DNA from: Chiloscyllium plagiosum
Taxonomy: Eukaryota
DNA: 64,000 nucleotides
Reading direction: 5' to 3'
Assembly: GCF_004010195.1 (NCBI RefSeq)
Contig: NC_057750.1
Coordinates: 3,096,761 to 3,160,760 of the forward strand
Below are positions 1-12,288 of this stretch, piece after piece. The position numbers were made by a program, and so were the translations under genes. The notes beneath the pieces were generated by a model. The model did not search any database and was not told the origin of the DNA. It was given only the letters and a program-made list of their open reading frames with translations. Each line of letters begins with the position of its first letter. Position 1 is the first letter of the stretch.

Positions 1-1359
1 GTGCTATTCTTATTATGCATTTTTTAAAATAGAGTGTAGGGTGGCTTAAGAACACAACTATCGTGTTAAAGAAGAACTACCTGTATGCTGTCTCAAATCA
101 AGTCTTCCCTTCACAAAGTGGGCTGGTTGATCTTAAATTATCTTTTCTGCTTTCCCAATCAAGTTCAGCTAACTTGGTATACAAATAATTGGTATTGTTC
201 CTGATCTGTATAGTTTAGCTACTGAATGGATAAGCTCCAAATCAACAAATTCAGTAAAGACCACTCAATTTTCATGCATATGTGTAACATATGATCAGCT
301 CTGATTTTGGCAAGGAAATATCTGTACTATTATTCCCTAATGGCACCATATTCTACACTAATGATTTCACAATCAACTTAGATTTGTGTGAACCATTTCC
401 TGTGATGCCTGGCTACAATATCTAGATGCTAGAAAGTTCTCTTATACAAGCATGGTAGACTTAATGCAGTCTGCACCCAGGGCACAACTGAACACTAGTC
501 TCAAGCATTTCTGAACTTGCACTCCCTATCATGTCCTACCCCAGAAAGCCAGTTGAATGGTAGTGCCAAAGCCAATTTTACTTAAATGAAACATTGCAAT
601 GACATAGCCTAACTTAATGTGTTTCAGTACTTGTCTCAAGTGAAACCCCGGTTAACATTCTCCATTTACATAATTGATACTGATAAACCATTGATATGGA
701 TGTAATATACTTGTGATCTCTTTACTAAATGCATTTCATTCAATTACATAAACCAGTTAAAAATTTATTTCTCAAATAACTGAACTGCATTTATAAATAC
801 ACAATATTTCATTAATTGAGAAGATGTTCATCAAGTAGAGCCACAGATAACTTCTGGCATGCACTGTATTTACAACATGTGCAGCAACACAACCAATTAC
901 AACATTACATACTAGTTTCTCAGACTAGTGTGTCAGCTATATCAGCTGAGAATCAATTGAAATTTTGGAATGTTTATTTTTAAATATTGCAATTTAAACC
1001 TGGTCTTTGGTTAGTATTGAAACTTAAACTGATTCAATACAAAGCACAACACCAATTTCTAATGCAAAGAACTGAAGTAAGCTTGGTTTGTGATTTTAAA
1101 AAAAAAATGCCATCTATGTCTTTATTTTTGCACATTCTGGATAGTTCAGTGCGACAAAGCTAGTTATTGAGGCACACATTTCTCCCATTCCAAGTTGCCA
1201 GTTTTAAATGCTCTACAGCCCGCAATCATGAACAACCGAAAGAGCTCCATTGCTCAATTTGAACAAATTATACATTGCAGCTCGATCGAGCCAAAAATTA
1301 ATCTAGTCAATTGACAAGGATATTAAAATCAGTGGGAACAAACATTAAATACACCTAAC

Positions 1360-1520
1360 AGTATAACAAATAGAAAGCAGGAAACACCAACAGAGCTTCG
1401 TTCAGAGGTTCACTGAAGAGGTTACCTAGTATGGTGACAAAACGTCTTAAAATGAACCTTCCAGCTCAGCAAGCAAATGTACCTTCAGAACCTCAACCTG
1501 AGCTACAAACCTTCTCAAAA
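1360..1520 (+). mobile_element. PLE terminal (pLTR) fragment with degenerate hammerhead
   Basis: ctgaagag-gttacc-tagtat-ggtgac-aaaacgtc followed by ccttccagctcagc...ctacaaaccttctcaaaa, the same end as the 61.4 kb copy. Confidence 0.7.
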
Positions 1521-2001
1521 CATGGCAGCCCTAACAATCATAATGGAGTGCAATACAAAGCTAACCGCTACTACACTTGTCCAAATTCAAACACTAATTT
1601 CTAAGAAATGACTGCCCCAACTCTTTGGCTTTGGATGGTCCACCAGTTCAAGGACAAGACAGAAATTACTGGTCTCGGGGGGAAAAAGGGAGTCAAGGTA
1701 GATGTTGATTCATGACTGAACTGAATAGCAAAGCAGGAGTGAGGTGGTCTGTTCCTGTTTATGTTAAATTACATTATTTATAGGTGGTACAGTTACATGT
1801 TTTCATAAACTGAGGAAATTTAGCCAGGTTATCTAATTAGCATTTGCAGACCTATCCAATACCAATTCCCCACATAAGCTGCAAGGACACTGTGCATTGC
1901 CCAAATTACAATAGGTTATCAAAATAAAAAGAGCATCAATTCAGACATCTAAGACTTGGATCTCAGTTTTATTCCCTTAGTCAAACTTTTGGCATTTCAA
2001 A

Positions 2002-3340
2002 CTTTGGGCAAGTTGTTGGAGGGAATCCTGAGGGACAGGATGTATATGTATTTGGAAAGGCAAGGACTGATTTGGTATAGTCAACATGGCTTTGTGCGTG
2101 GGAAATCATGTCTCACAAACTTGATTGAGTTTTTTGAAGTAACTAAGAAGATTAAGGAGGGCAGAACAGTAGATGTGATCTATATGGACTTCAGTAAGGC
2201 ATTCAACAAGGTCCCCCATGGGAGACTGATTAGCAAGGTTAGATCTCATGGAATACAGGGAGAACTAGCTATTTGGATACAGAACTGGCTCAAAGGTAGA
2301 AGACAGAGGGTGGTGGTGAGAGGTTTGTTTTTAAGACTGGAGGCCTGTGACCAGTGGAGCACCCCAAGGACCGGTGCTGGGACCTCTACGTTTTGTCATT
2401 TACATAAATGATCTAGATGCGAGCACAAGAGATATCGTTAGTAAGTTTGCAGATGACACCAAAATTGGAGGTGTAGTGAACAGCGAACAGGGTTACCTCA
2501 GATTAAAACAGGATCTGGACAAGATGGGCCAATGGGCTGAGAAGTGGCAGATGGAGTTTAATTCAGATAAATGTGAGGTGCTGCATTTTGGGAAAGCAAA
2601 TCTTAGCAGGACTTATACACTTAATGGTAAGGTCCGAGGGAGTGTTGCTGAACAAAGAGACTTTGGAGTGCAGGTTCATAGCTCCTTGAAAAGGAGTCAC
2701 AGGTAGATAGAATAGTGAAGGCGGTGTTTGGTATGCTTTCGTTTATTGGGCAGAGTATTGAGTACAGGAGTTGGGAGGTCATGCTGCAGCTGTACAGGAC
2801 ATTGGTTAGGCCACCGTTGGAATATTGTGTGCAATTCTGGTCTCCTTCCTATCAGAAAGATGTTGTGAAACTTGAAAGGGTTCAGAAAAGATTTGCCAGG
2901 GTTGGAGGATCTGAGCTACAGGGAGAGGTTGAACAGGTTGGGGCTGTTTTCCCTGGAGCATTGGAGGCTGAGGGGTGACCTTATAGAGGTTTACAAAATT
3001 ATGAGGGGCATGGATAGGATAAATAAACAAAGTCTTTTCCCGGTGGTCGGGGAGTCCAGATCTTGAGGGCAAAGGTGAGAGGGGGAAGATATAAAAGAGA
3101 CCCAAGGGGCAACTTTTTCACGCAGAGGGTGGTACATGTATGGAATGAGCTGCCAGAGGAAGTGATGGAGGCTAGTACAATTGCAACATTTAAGGCATTT
3201 TGATGGGTATATGAATAGGAAGGGTTTGGAGAGATATGGGCTGGGTGCTGTCAGGTGCGACTAGATTGGTTTGGGATATCTGTCGGCATGGGCGGGTTGG
3301 ACTGAAGGGTCTGTTTCCATGCTGTACATCTGACTCTATA
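2002..3340 (+). mobile_element. CR1-clade LINE (HER1-like), 5'-truncated, frameshifted RT plus 3' UTR
   Basis: QHGFVRGKSCLTNL, DFSKAF, PQGPVLGP, KFADDTK, YCVQFWSP, RLRGDLIEVYKI motifs; 3' end gaagggtctgtttccatgctgtac. Confidence 0.92.
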
Positions 3341-3448
3341 TATGCCAACATTATGACTTAAAATTTTAATCAATTGTAATCAGATGTTGACAGTGTCCAG
3401 GAAGTTTTGAACCAACTAAATCAAAAAGATATGCACCTACCTACCAAA

Positions 3449-4952
3449 GTTTGAGAGAAGGTTTGTAGCTCGGGTGCTTGTTGTTGTGGTTCTGTTCGTC
3501 GAGCTGGGAATTTGTGTTGCAGACGTTTCGTCCCCTGTCTAGGTGACATCATCAGTGCTTGGAAGCCTCCTGTGAAGCGCCTCTGTGATCTTTCCTCCGG
3601 CATTTGTAGTGGTTTGAATCTGCCGCTTCCGGTTGTCAGTTCCAGCTGTCCGTTGCAGTGGTCGGTATATTGGGTCCAGGTCGATGTGCTTATTGATTGA
3701 ATCGGTGGATGATTGCCATGCCTCTAGGAATTCCCTGGCTGTTCTCTGTTTGGCTTGTCCTATAATAGCAGTGTTGTCCCAGTCAAATTCATGTTGCTTG
3801 TCATCTGCGTGTGTGGCTAATAAGGATAGCTGGTTGTGTCGTTTCATGGCTAGTTGGTGTTCATGGTGAGAGTGGCTGTTGGTTTGTGTGCTGTTATGAG
3901 TCCTAGTGGTCGCAGTAGTCTGGCTGTCAGTTCGGAAATGCTTTTGATGTATAGTAGTGTGGCTAGTCCTTTGGGTTGTGGCATGTCCTCGTTCCATTGT
4001 CTTTCCCTTAGGCATCTGTTGATGAAATTGCGCGGGTATCAGTTTTTGGCGAATACATTGTATAGGTGTTCTTCCTCTTTCTGCAGTTCTGGTGTACTGC
4101 AGTGTGTTGTGGCCCTTTTGAATAGTGTCTTGATGCAACTTCTTTTGTGTGTAACATGCCCCAACACACAAGTTGCATCAAGACACTATTCAAAAAGGGC
4201 CACAACACACTGCAGTACACCAGAACTGCAAAAAGAGGAAGAACACCTATACAATGTATTCGCCAACAACGGATACCCGCGCAATTTCATCAACAGATGC
4301 CTAAGGTAAGGATAACTGAACGAGGACATGCCACAACCCAAAGGACTAGCCACACTACCATACATCAAAAACATTTCTGAACTGACAGCCAGACTACTGC
4401 GACCTCTCTGACTCATAACAGCATACAAACCAACAGCCACTCTCAGACAACTCACCAGAACGAAGGACCCGATACCCAGCATGAGCAAAACCAATGTAGT
4501 GTACAAACTCCCATGCAAGGACTGCACAAAACATTACATAGGACAAACAGGAAGACAGCTAACGGTCCACATCCATGAACACCAACTAGCCACGAAACGA
4601 CACAACCAGCTATCCTTAGTAGCCACACACGCAGATGATAAGCAACATGAATTTGACTGGGACAACACTACTACTATAGGACAAACAGAACAGCCAGGGA
4701 ATTCCTAGAGGCATGGCAATCATCCACAGATTCAAATCAATAAGCACATCGACCTGGACCCAATATACCGACCACTGCAACGGACAGCTGGAACCGACAA
4801 CCGGAAGCGGCAGATTCAAACCACTACAAATGCCGGAGGAAACATCACAGAAGCGCTTCACAGGAGGCTCCCAAGCACTGATGATGTCACCTCGACAGGG
4901 GACAAAACGTCCGCAACACAAATTCCTTGCTCGGTGAACAGAACCACAACAA
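3449..4952. mobile_element. Penelope/Poseidon-type PLE 3' region as an inverted (fold-back) pair
   Basis: GIY-YIG motif NVVYKLPCKDCTKHYIGQTGR on the + arm, with its reverse complement on the left arm; TSD cacctacctaccaaa at 3434-3448 and 4953-4967. Confidence 0.9.
3519..3558 (-). ncRNA. minimal hammerhead ribozyme motif (family A)
   Basis: minus strand: gca-CUGAUGA-u-gucaccu-agac-aggggac-GAAAC-GUC-ugc. Confidence 0.75.
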
Positions 4953-5655
4953 CACCTACCTACCAAAACTAATTAGTGTAACATCAGTCCAAAATTCAAC
5001 ACCACTAAATTCGTTAAGTTAAATAGTCTGCAGAATTTTAGGCTCTGTGATACATTCCCATTAAGAAGCTAGCTTTCCAGGATAACCCCTATTGTAAGCA
5101 ACAGCAAACAACGTCAAACTAGCCTGATAGCTGTAAAATGCTACAATTCTGCTATAGTCAGCAAAAATCTTTATCTTCTGCAAAGCTACCATTTCAAGAA
5201 CCAAGGGTCTCAAGCCAATTGTACTCAACATTGAACACTCCCAGTTGGTGACCACAGCTTAAAGGTTACACAACTTCATTCCCAGTGCAAGGTGTAAAAA
5301 ACTAGTAATATGACAAGCATGAAAACAATTTACTAATTTAGATTTGCTTTGAACTAAAGACTACAATCTTTTCTTTTAGGTTTCATGGGCTGAAAATTAA
5401 TTTCACAATGCTTTCACTGTAATGACTTACACAGTACAGACCACTAGCTGATGTTGAAAACACATTACAAATGAACTTCAAATAGCTTAATCTATCAAAG
5501 ACAGACTGAACAGAATATTTTACACAACTGGAACGCAAGTCATGCCAGGGCTTTCTCAAGGCCAGTCATGGAACAATTTTCCATACAAGAGTGTAACATG
5601 CCACAAACATATTAGTGTATACTTTGCTATTTTAGAGAAGGACAAAGTGTCTTAC

Positions 5656-5737
5656 CTTCTGCATCCAACATCTTGGGTATATCCAGGTGCGTCTCAGCCA
5701 CTTCAAAGGCATTATTCAAGTTTGTCAGTGGATCATC
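5656..5737 (-). CDS. ACTN4: alpha-actinin (ACTN4-like) coding exon 7
   Basis: 82 bp, tag|...|gtaaga; read by hand: [27 protein letters not shown](D); phases join in frame with exons 2-6. Confidence 0.94.
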
Positions 5738-5936
5738 CTAAGTACAATAGGAAAAAGGTTCCAAAGATTCAGCTTTTAAAAATGTTCTATCACACTGGTA
5801 AGCATTCATTTTGAACAAAAATAAATATACAAGGACACAGAACTCCAGCTTCTCGAGAACAGATCTAATATTACAACATGTAGTGATTAGAAAGTCAAAG
5901 AGAAAATTTTGTTTTCCACCTAAATCTTATTTTTCA

Positions 5937-6053
<117 letters not shown>

Positions 6054-7057
6054 TCAGAAACAAAACCCAATATTAGAACAGTTTCATTTTATTTCCTCAA
6101 TGTATCAACTTCCATCATTTCAACTAGGATTCCTTTTAAAAAAAAAAGAAAGGGATACGGCATCTGTACTATATTACAAAAAAGCCTCAATTTTATTTCA
6201 TAATGTTGAAGCAGCTTGGAATGTGACTAATTGAAGCTGCTGTAATAAGAATTGTTCCGTAAGATATGGAAAGAAGAATCAGACCTACAAGTTATCACTA
6301 GTCACTGGAATTTTAATGAAGACAAAATAGTAATTAGTTCACGCAGGTGGTCTTTCAGTGAGTTGTCTTTTCACTAGCAAGTTAAAATGCTCAGCGTCAA
6401 TCTCCTAACTTCCTGTAAATGTGCCCATTTAGTTAGTAACAATGTAACACTTTCCCAACTGCTTTAGTTAATCAGCTTCCACCTTACTTCCAGTCAGTGT
6501 ATTCCCTATACTACTCTCCCCTTCGCTTCTTTTGGGAAATACTAAAACTGCGCTCTCCAATTCTCGACCAGTTTACAAATGGGAACAATTTCACCCAACT
6601 CACTATCCAGATACCTCATGATTTTGAAAACTTGTATGAAATCTCTTCTTTGCTGCCTTTGCTCTAAGGAAACAGTCCCAATTTCTCCAATCTTGCCTCA
6701 TAACTGAAACTTCTCATCCTTGGAAACCATTAAATATCAGTTTTTCCACTCATTTGCATAAATAAGAATTCCAATTTCCAAAAACTAAACTATGGCCTAA
6801 AGCAGATGATTCTGAAACTAGATTATGAACATTTGCTCTTTTAAATGGAATTCTGGGGCAAAACATAAAACTCCCAAGTCACGAGTAAAACATTGATAGA
6901 TAAACCTTGCGCAGGGTGCAGACCTCATTATCTTTGGAAAGGCAGTGGCTAACAATCCTCCAGCATAAGCAGGGAGGGTTTATTAAGAATGCATCTGTTC
7001 TTCATACAGCAGTGTTCTGTAATGGTTTTGGGACATTTTCCAAAACAAAATCCAGAG

Positions 7058-7563
7058 CGAGTTGTGAGAAGATTTGTAGCTCAGGTTGAGGTACTGGATG
7101 TAGGTTTGCTCACTAAGTTGAAAGGTTCGGCTTCAGAAGTATCGTCACACTAGGTAATATCATCAGTGAGCCTCCGGATGAAGCACTGGTGGTATGGCTC
7201 ACTTTTTATTTATGTGGTTAGGTTTCTTTGGGTTTGGTGAAGTCAACCCCTGTTTTTTTTCTCAGGGGGTGGTAAATTGAATCCCAGTCAATGCATTTGT
7301 TCAGAGAGTTCCAGTCGGAATGCCATGCTTCTAGAAGAATGGCATTCCAACCGGAACACACAACAAATGCATTGACTTGGATCCCATTTACCACCCTGAG
7401 AAAAAGAATGGGAAATGCGTCACCAAACCCAAGGAAACCTAAACACAAATAAAAAGCGAGCCATACTACCAGTGCTTCATCTGGAGGCTCACTGATGTTA
7501 CCTAGTATGGTGACGATACTTCTGAAACCAAACCTTCCAGCTCAGCTCGCAAACCCACATCCA
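7058..7563. mobile_element. PLE fold-back insertion (pLTR arms)
   Basis: inverted arms with degenerate HHR cores; imperfect TSD acaaaatccagag / acaagtccagag. Confidence 0.8.
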
Positions 7564-8525
7564 CAAGTCCAGAGATGACAAAAGTCCAACTTGATATCAA
7601 AACTGTATATAACACTAAAAGCAAATCCAGAAAGGAAGATCTTTAGAGGAGTGGATACAATTTAATAGATAGGTGCAACTTTAGTTATAAAATAAGAAAT
7701 AATGATAATTTGGAAAATTCAAGATGCATGGGGACAGATACCAATGGGTTTAATGACAATTCTTTTATCACAACCTTTTAAATCTTGCACAAAGACAATG
7801 CAGTACTTTGGGCTTTAGATAGACAAGCACAGGAGACATGATAAATGTATTCAAGGTAACGACAGTGGTTATTCATAGGCATCACCTCATGTACAAAAGA
7901 CATTAGATTGAACCCAGATAATAAACAAAGACACACCAGAATGAGATAATAAAGCTACAAGGAGGCCTACAAAATACAATTTCCAGTTGAGCAATGAAAG
8001 CCAACAGTGATTATGGCAGTTCTCTAAAAAGCTGTTAAAAAAGGTGAATAGTAATTTAGGATAGGGAAAACTTAATTCCTCTTTTAGGGTAGTCAGTGAC
8101 AAGTCTTCAGCGCAGGAAGTAGTTTAAGCATATACAGTTGCATTCTAAGAGAGTGAGTAATGCTTGAAATAGAAAATTTAAAAAGAAACTGTCTTTTGGA
8201 GGATTTTGGGAATGAACAAGAGCTTAGCCCCTGTAAAACAATATCCATGTGCCAAAAGATCTGCAAAAGAACCTAGCAAACTTGTAGGGATTCCTATAGT
8301 GTCTTACGACATTATAGAAACCAGTTCACAAATGCAATAAAATAAGAGCACATTCATGTCCTTTTACGCGGGATTATTTTATCCTTTAGTCAGTAGTAAC
8401 ATTTAAAGAGTTCAACTGTTTCAATCATATTTTTTTTAAAAACCAGTAAACGGTGAAACCTAAGCAAATAAAAAGCAGTGTTTCACTGGAGGCTCACTGA
8501 TGTTACCTAGTATGGTGACGAAACA

Positions 8526-9017
8526 GCGAAGAGTCAGAGATGAACAGCATGGAAACAGACCCTTCAGTCCAACCCGCTCATGCTGACCATCTACCCCAAC
8601 CCAATCCAGTCCCACCTGCCAGCAACCAGTCCATATCCCTCCAAACCCTTCCTATTCATATACCCATCCAAATGTCTTTTAAATGTTGCAATTGTACCAG
8701 CCTCCACCACTTCCTCTGGCAGCTCATTCCATACATGTACCAGCCTCTGAAAAAGTTGCCCCGTAGGTCTCTTTTATATCTTTCCCGTCTCACCCTAAAC
8801 CTATGCCCTCTAAGATCTGGACTCCCCCACCCCAGGGAAAAGACTTTGCCTATTTACCCTATCCATGCCCCTCAATTTTGTAAACCTCTAAGGTCACCCC
8901 TCAGCCTCCGACACTCCAGGGAAAACAGCCCCAGCCTGTTCATCCTCTCCCTATTAGCTCAAATCCTCCAACCCTGGCAACATCCTTGTAAATCTTTTCT
9001 GAATCTTTTCAAGTTTC
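8526..9017 (-). mobile_element. CR1 3' fragment inserted into a PLE pLTR (host about 8455-9060)
   Basis: reverse complement of the CR1 3' end seen at about 2860-3340; PLE sequence resumes at catctgaaaacaaaccttccagc. Confidence 0.85.
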
Positions 9018-9495
9018 ATCTGAAAACAAACCTTCCAGCTCAGCGAGCAAACTTACACCCACCGTGAATTGTATTAGAGAAGGTGGTGGCATGGACAAAC
9101 GGCTGACATACCAACATTTCAAGTGTTGCTCAAGTTTCGGCTTTAAAAGAAAAGCGAATTAACAAAGTCAAAAGTGAATACAAGAATTCAAATTAAAATA
9201 ACCAAATGGACAACTGGAGCATGTTCCAAATATCACTACGGTTGAACTGTAGCCTCGCTGTACCACAAAATTTGAGGAAAGGTATATTGCACATAGCATA
9301 ACTCCTTCGCAGCAGTGACCGTCGTGACAAATGCTCAAAACGGCAACTACTATCTCAATTAATTTGCTTCAGGGTGTACAGAAATGTCACTAATCATGTA
9401 TAGAAGATTACAAACTAGCAAGACTGGCTGTGGAAATAACTGGCTACTACAAGACCATTAAAGGGGAAATGCATCACTAATTCAAGCTCAAATCA

Positions 9496-9738
<243 letters not shown>

Positions 9739-10374
9739 TTAAGAGATCACACCCAGACTAGCAAACTAATGCAGAGCAAAATTGCTATCCAGGATCATCT
9801 TGCTTCCTGTTAACTTGCAGACCCCACGGGATACTACACATCAAATACCACCTGGCTCTCAACGATTAACGTGATTCTGCCAGGAAGCAGTTCAAAAGCA
9901 TCGCTTAACCTGGAGTGTGTATCAGTCTCATTGTAACTAAGGAAGGATAATAATTCCATAATAAAGCTCATCAATGACTACTGTGTGCAAGTTGATAAAC
10001 TAATTTCTGAACATACAGGCCAACAGCTGCAATCATACAGCATCATACTGTCATCAAGTAGCTGGTTTTAGAAACAAAGCAACAACAAGCATATTTCATG
10101 CATTTTCAGATTCTTGACTTCTACAGATCAACTTCCCCACTTGAAATGCATTCAAAAATAGGTGAACAAAAGATTACAGTTTCTACACTGGAATACTAGC
10201 CAGTAAGACAAATGATCATGATTAAATCAATCTGCCTTAAAGTAGTCAAAGAAAGGTTATTTATCTTTAATGCTCACGTGATAACAGCCAGATTTGAAGT
10301 TATTTCATCTGTTTGGTGAAAATAATCAAGTCCTTAATTTCTAAGGTTTCAAAACATTTAAATACAAATCTGAG

Positions 10375-10592
10375 TCAGTGATCTCAGTTGGTTGGATGGC
10401 TGGATACCTGGCTTCCAATGCAGAATGACATCAACAGCACAGGTTCAATTCTTACTCTGGCTGAGATTACCATAAAGGTCCTGCCTTCTTAACCTTGCTA
10501 CTCACCTGAGGCACACAGTGACCCTCAGGTTAAACTCAGTGCTAGTCACCTGAGCGCACAGCCCTATGGTCTACTGGGACTGTGACAACTTT
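10375..10592 (+). mobile_element. old tRNA-derived SINE-like fragment
   Basis: A-box-like atctcagttggtt and B-box-like ggttcaattc. Confidence 0.4.
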
Positions 10593-10784
10593 GACCAAAT
10601 ATAAATCTACTCTGAATTTTTCACAGAGGATGGATATTTTTCTGTTTTGCTACCAAAAGCCCATGTTAAACATTTACACTGGGCATGGGTTTCCTCCAGG
10701 TCCTCCGGTTTCCTCCCACAATCTAAAGATCTGTAAGTTAGATGAATTAGCCATGCTAAATTGCCTATAGTCTTCAGTGTTTCA

Positions 10785-11852
10785 CTCTAGAAATCTGGTT
10801 GTGTTTGGGACGGTTTGCTTTCTGGTTACAAGTTTACTCGCTGAGCTGGAAGATTTGTTCTCAGACTTTTTGGCACCATGCTCACCAACATCAGTGAGCC
10901 TCCATTGAAGCACCTTCTATTGGTGTGTCTTGGTCTGTTGCAGTGGGTGATATCACTTCCGGTTCTTTTTCTGAGTGGTTGGTAAACGAGGCCCAAATCG
11001 ACGGGTTTGTTGATGGAGTTCCGGTTTGAATGCCAGGCCTCGAGGAATTCCCATGTATGTCTTCGTTTAGCCTGTCCCAGGATGTCCCAGCATTGTCCTG
11101 GGTTTCCCTCTGTCAGTGTTTAAGGCCACAACTCACTGCAGCACCCAGGAACTACAAGATGCTGAAGTACTATACAACATATTCTAGAACAACTGGTACC
11201 AGATAAGCAGTCTGCCAATTCTTCCACAACAAACCTAAACAAGATGACACAATATGCCCAGAAACTCTAGCCACACTACCACACGTCAAAGACATCTCAG
11301 AGCTGACAGCCAGACTGGCCCCTCGACATCATGGTTGCCTGCAAACCTACCAACACACAAAACAGCTTGATGAAGCTAAAGGGACCCTGTACCAGCAACC
11401 AGCAGAATGCACATACAAAATACCCTGCAAGGACTGCAACAAACATTACATCGGACAGACTGGTAGAAAACTAGCCACCAAATGATATGGTCAACTATCA
11501 CTAGTATCCTTTCACACAGACAATGAGGGACACCAGTACAACTGGGACAATACATTCATCTTGGGACAGGCTAAACAAATTCCTGGAGGCTTGGCATTCA
11601 AACCAGAGCTCCATCAATAAACACATTGATTTGGACCCCATTTATCAACCTCTCAAAAAGAGCAGGAAATGATATCACCTACCACAACAGACCAAGACAA
11701 ATAGAAAGCGGGACAGAACACCAGCACTTCAGAGGCTCACTACTTATGTCACCATGTTAGGTGACAAAATGTCTGAGAATAAATCTTGAGCTCAGCGAGC
11801 AAACTTACAACCTGAATGCAAACCGTCCCAAATACAATCAGATTTTTAGAGA
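10785..11852. mobile_element. PLE fold-back insertion, older Poseidon-type subfamily
   Basis: termini tctagaaatctggttgtgtttgggacggtttgc / gcaaaccgtcccaaatacaatcagatttttaga are inverted; internal KIPCKDCNKHYIGQTGR codons at about 11415-11465. Confidence 0.82.
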
Positions 11853-12201
11853 GAGTTAGAAGAATACCTTTCGAACAAAACTATCCTAACATTTTAGAAT
11901 TTGCAGAGCCTAAATGAGGCAAAACCATCGTCAACAGCCCTGTTGTACTGCGGGGGGGACCCGAAAAGGGAGCAAGAACTCAAATAACTGCTGTGCTAAT
12001 TCACTTTGCGACATCCTTTACCCAACTTGTACGTGCCCGAAGTTAAGAAATATCCCACTATTTTCAACTCTAATACCATGCGTGGTGTTCAGGGTAGCAG
12101 AAAGAAATCAGTTCCATGGGCACAATAATCAGGCTAAAGAATTTAAAACCCTAAGTAAGCACCATAGGGGTTCATGTTCCAAAATGAAAATTTGTCCTTA
12201 C

Positions 12202-12288
12202 CCTCCACAGATATGTCTTGAATAGCAAAACGAAGTATGATTGTCCAGATCATACCTAGGGTCATCTTCACATTCCCATCCACAATTT
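12202..12288 (-). CDS. ACTN4: alpha-actinin (ACTN4-like) coding exon 4
   Basis: 87 bp, cag|...|gtaagg; (E)[28 protein letters not shown]. Confidence 0.95.

Noticed and set aside
440..470. gcatggtag could encode YHA of ACTN exon 8 on the minus strand
   Set aside because: Flanking codons do not give RPDEKAIMTYVS or FSGAQK and there are no matching splice sites; exon 8 is probably beyond the window start
3539..4527. Long overlapping ORFs on both strands (210, 151 and 113 aa) as novel genes
   Set aside because: They are off-frame or antisense readings of the inverted PLE arms
8540..9067. 175 aa ORF with a paralog at 39788-40276
   Set aside because: Both are antisense readings of the CR1 3' end
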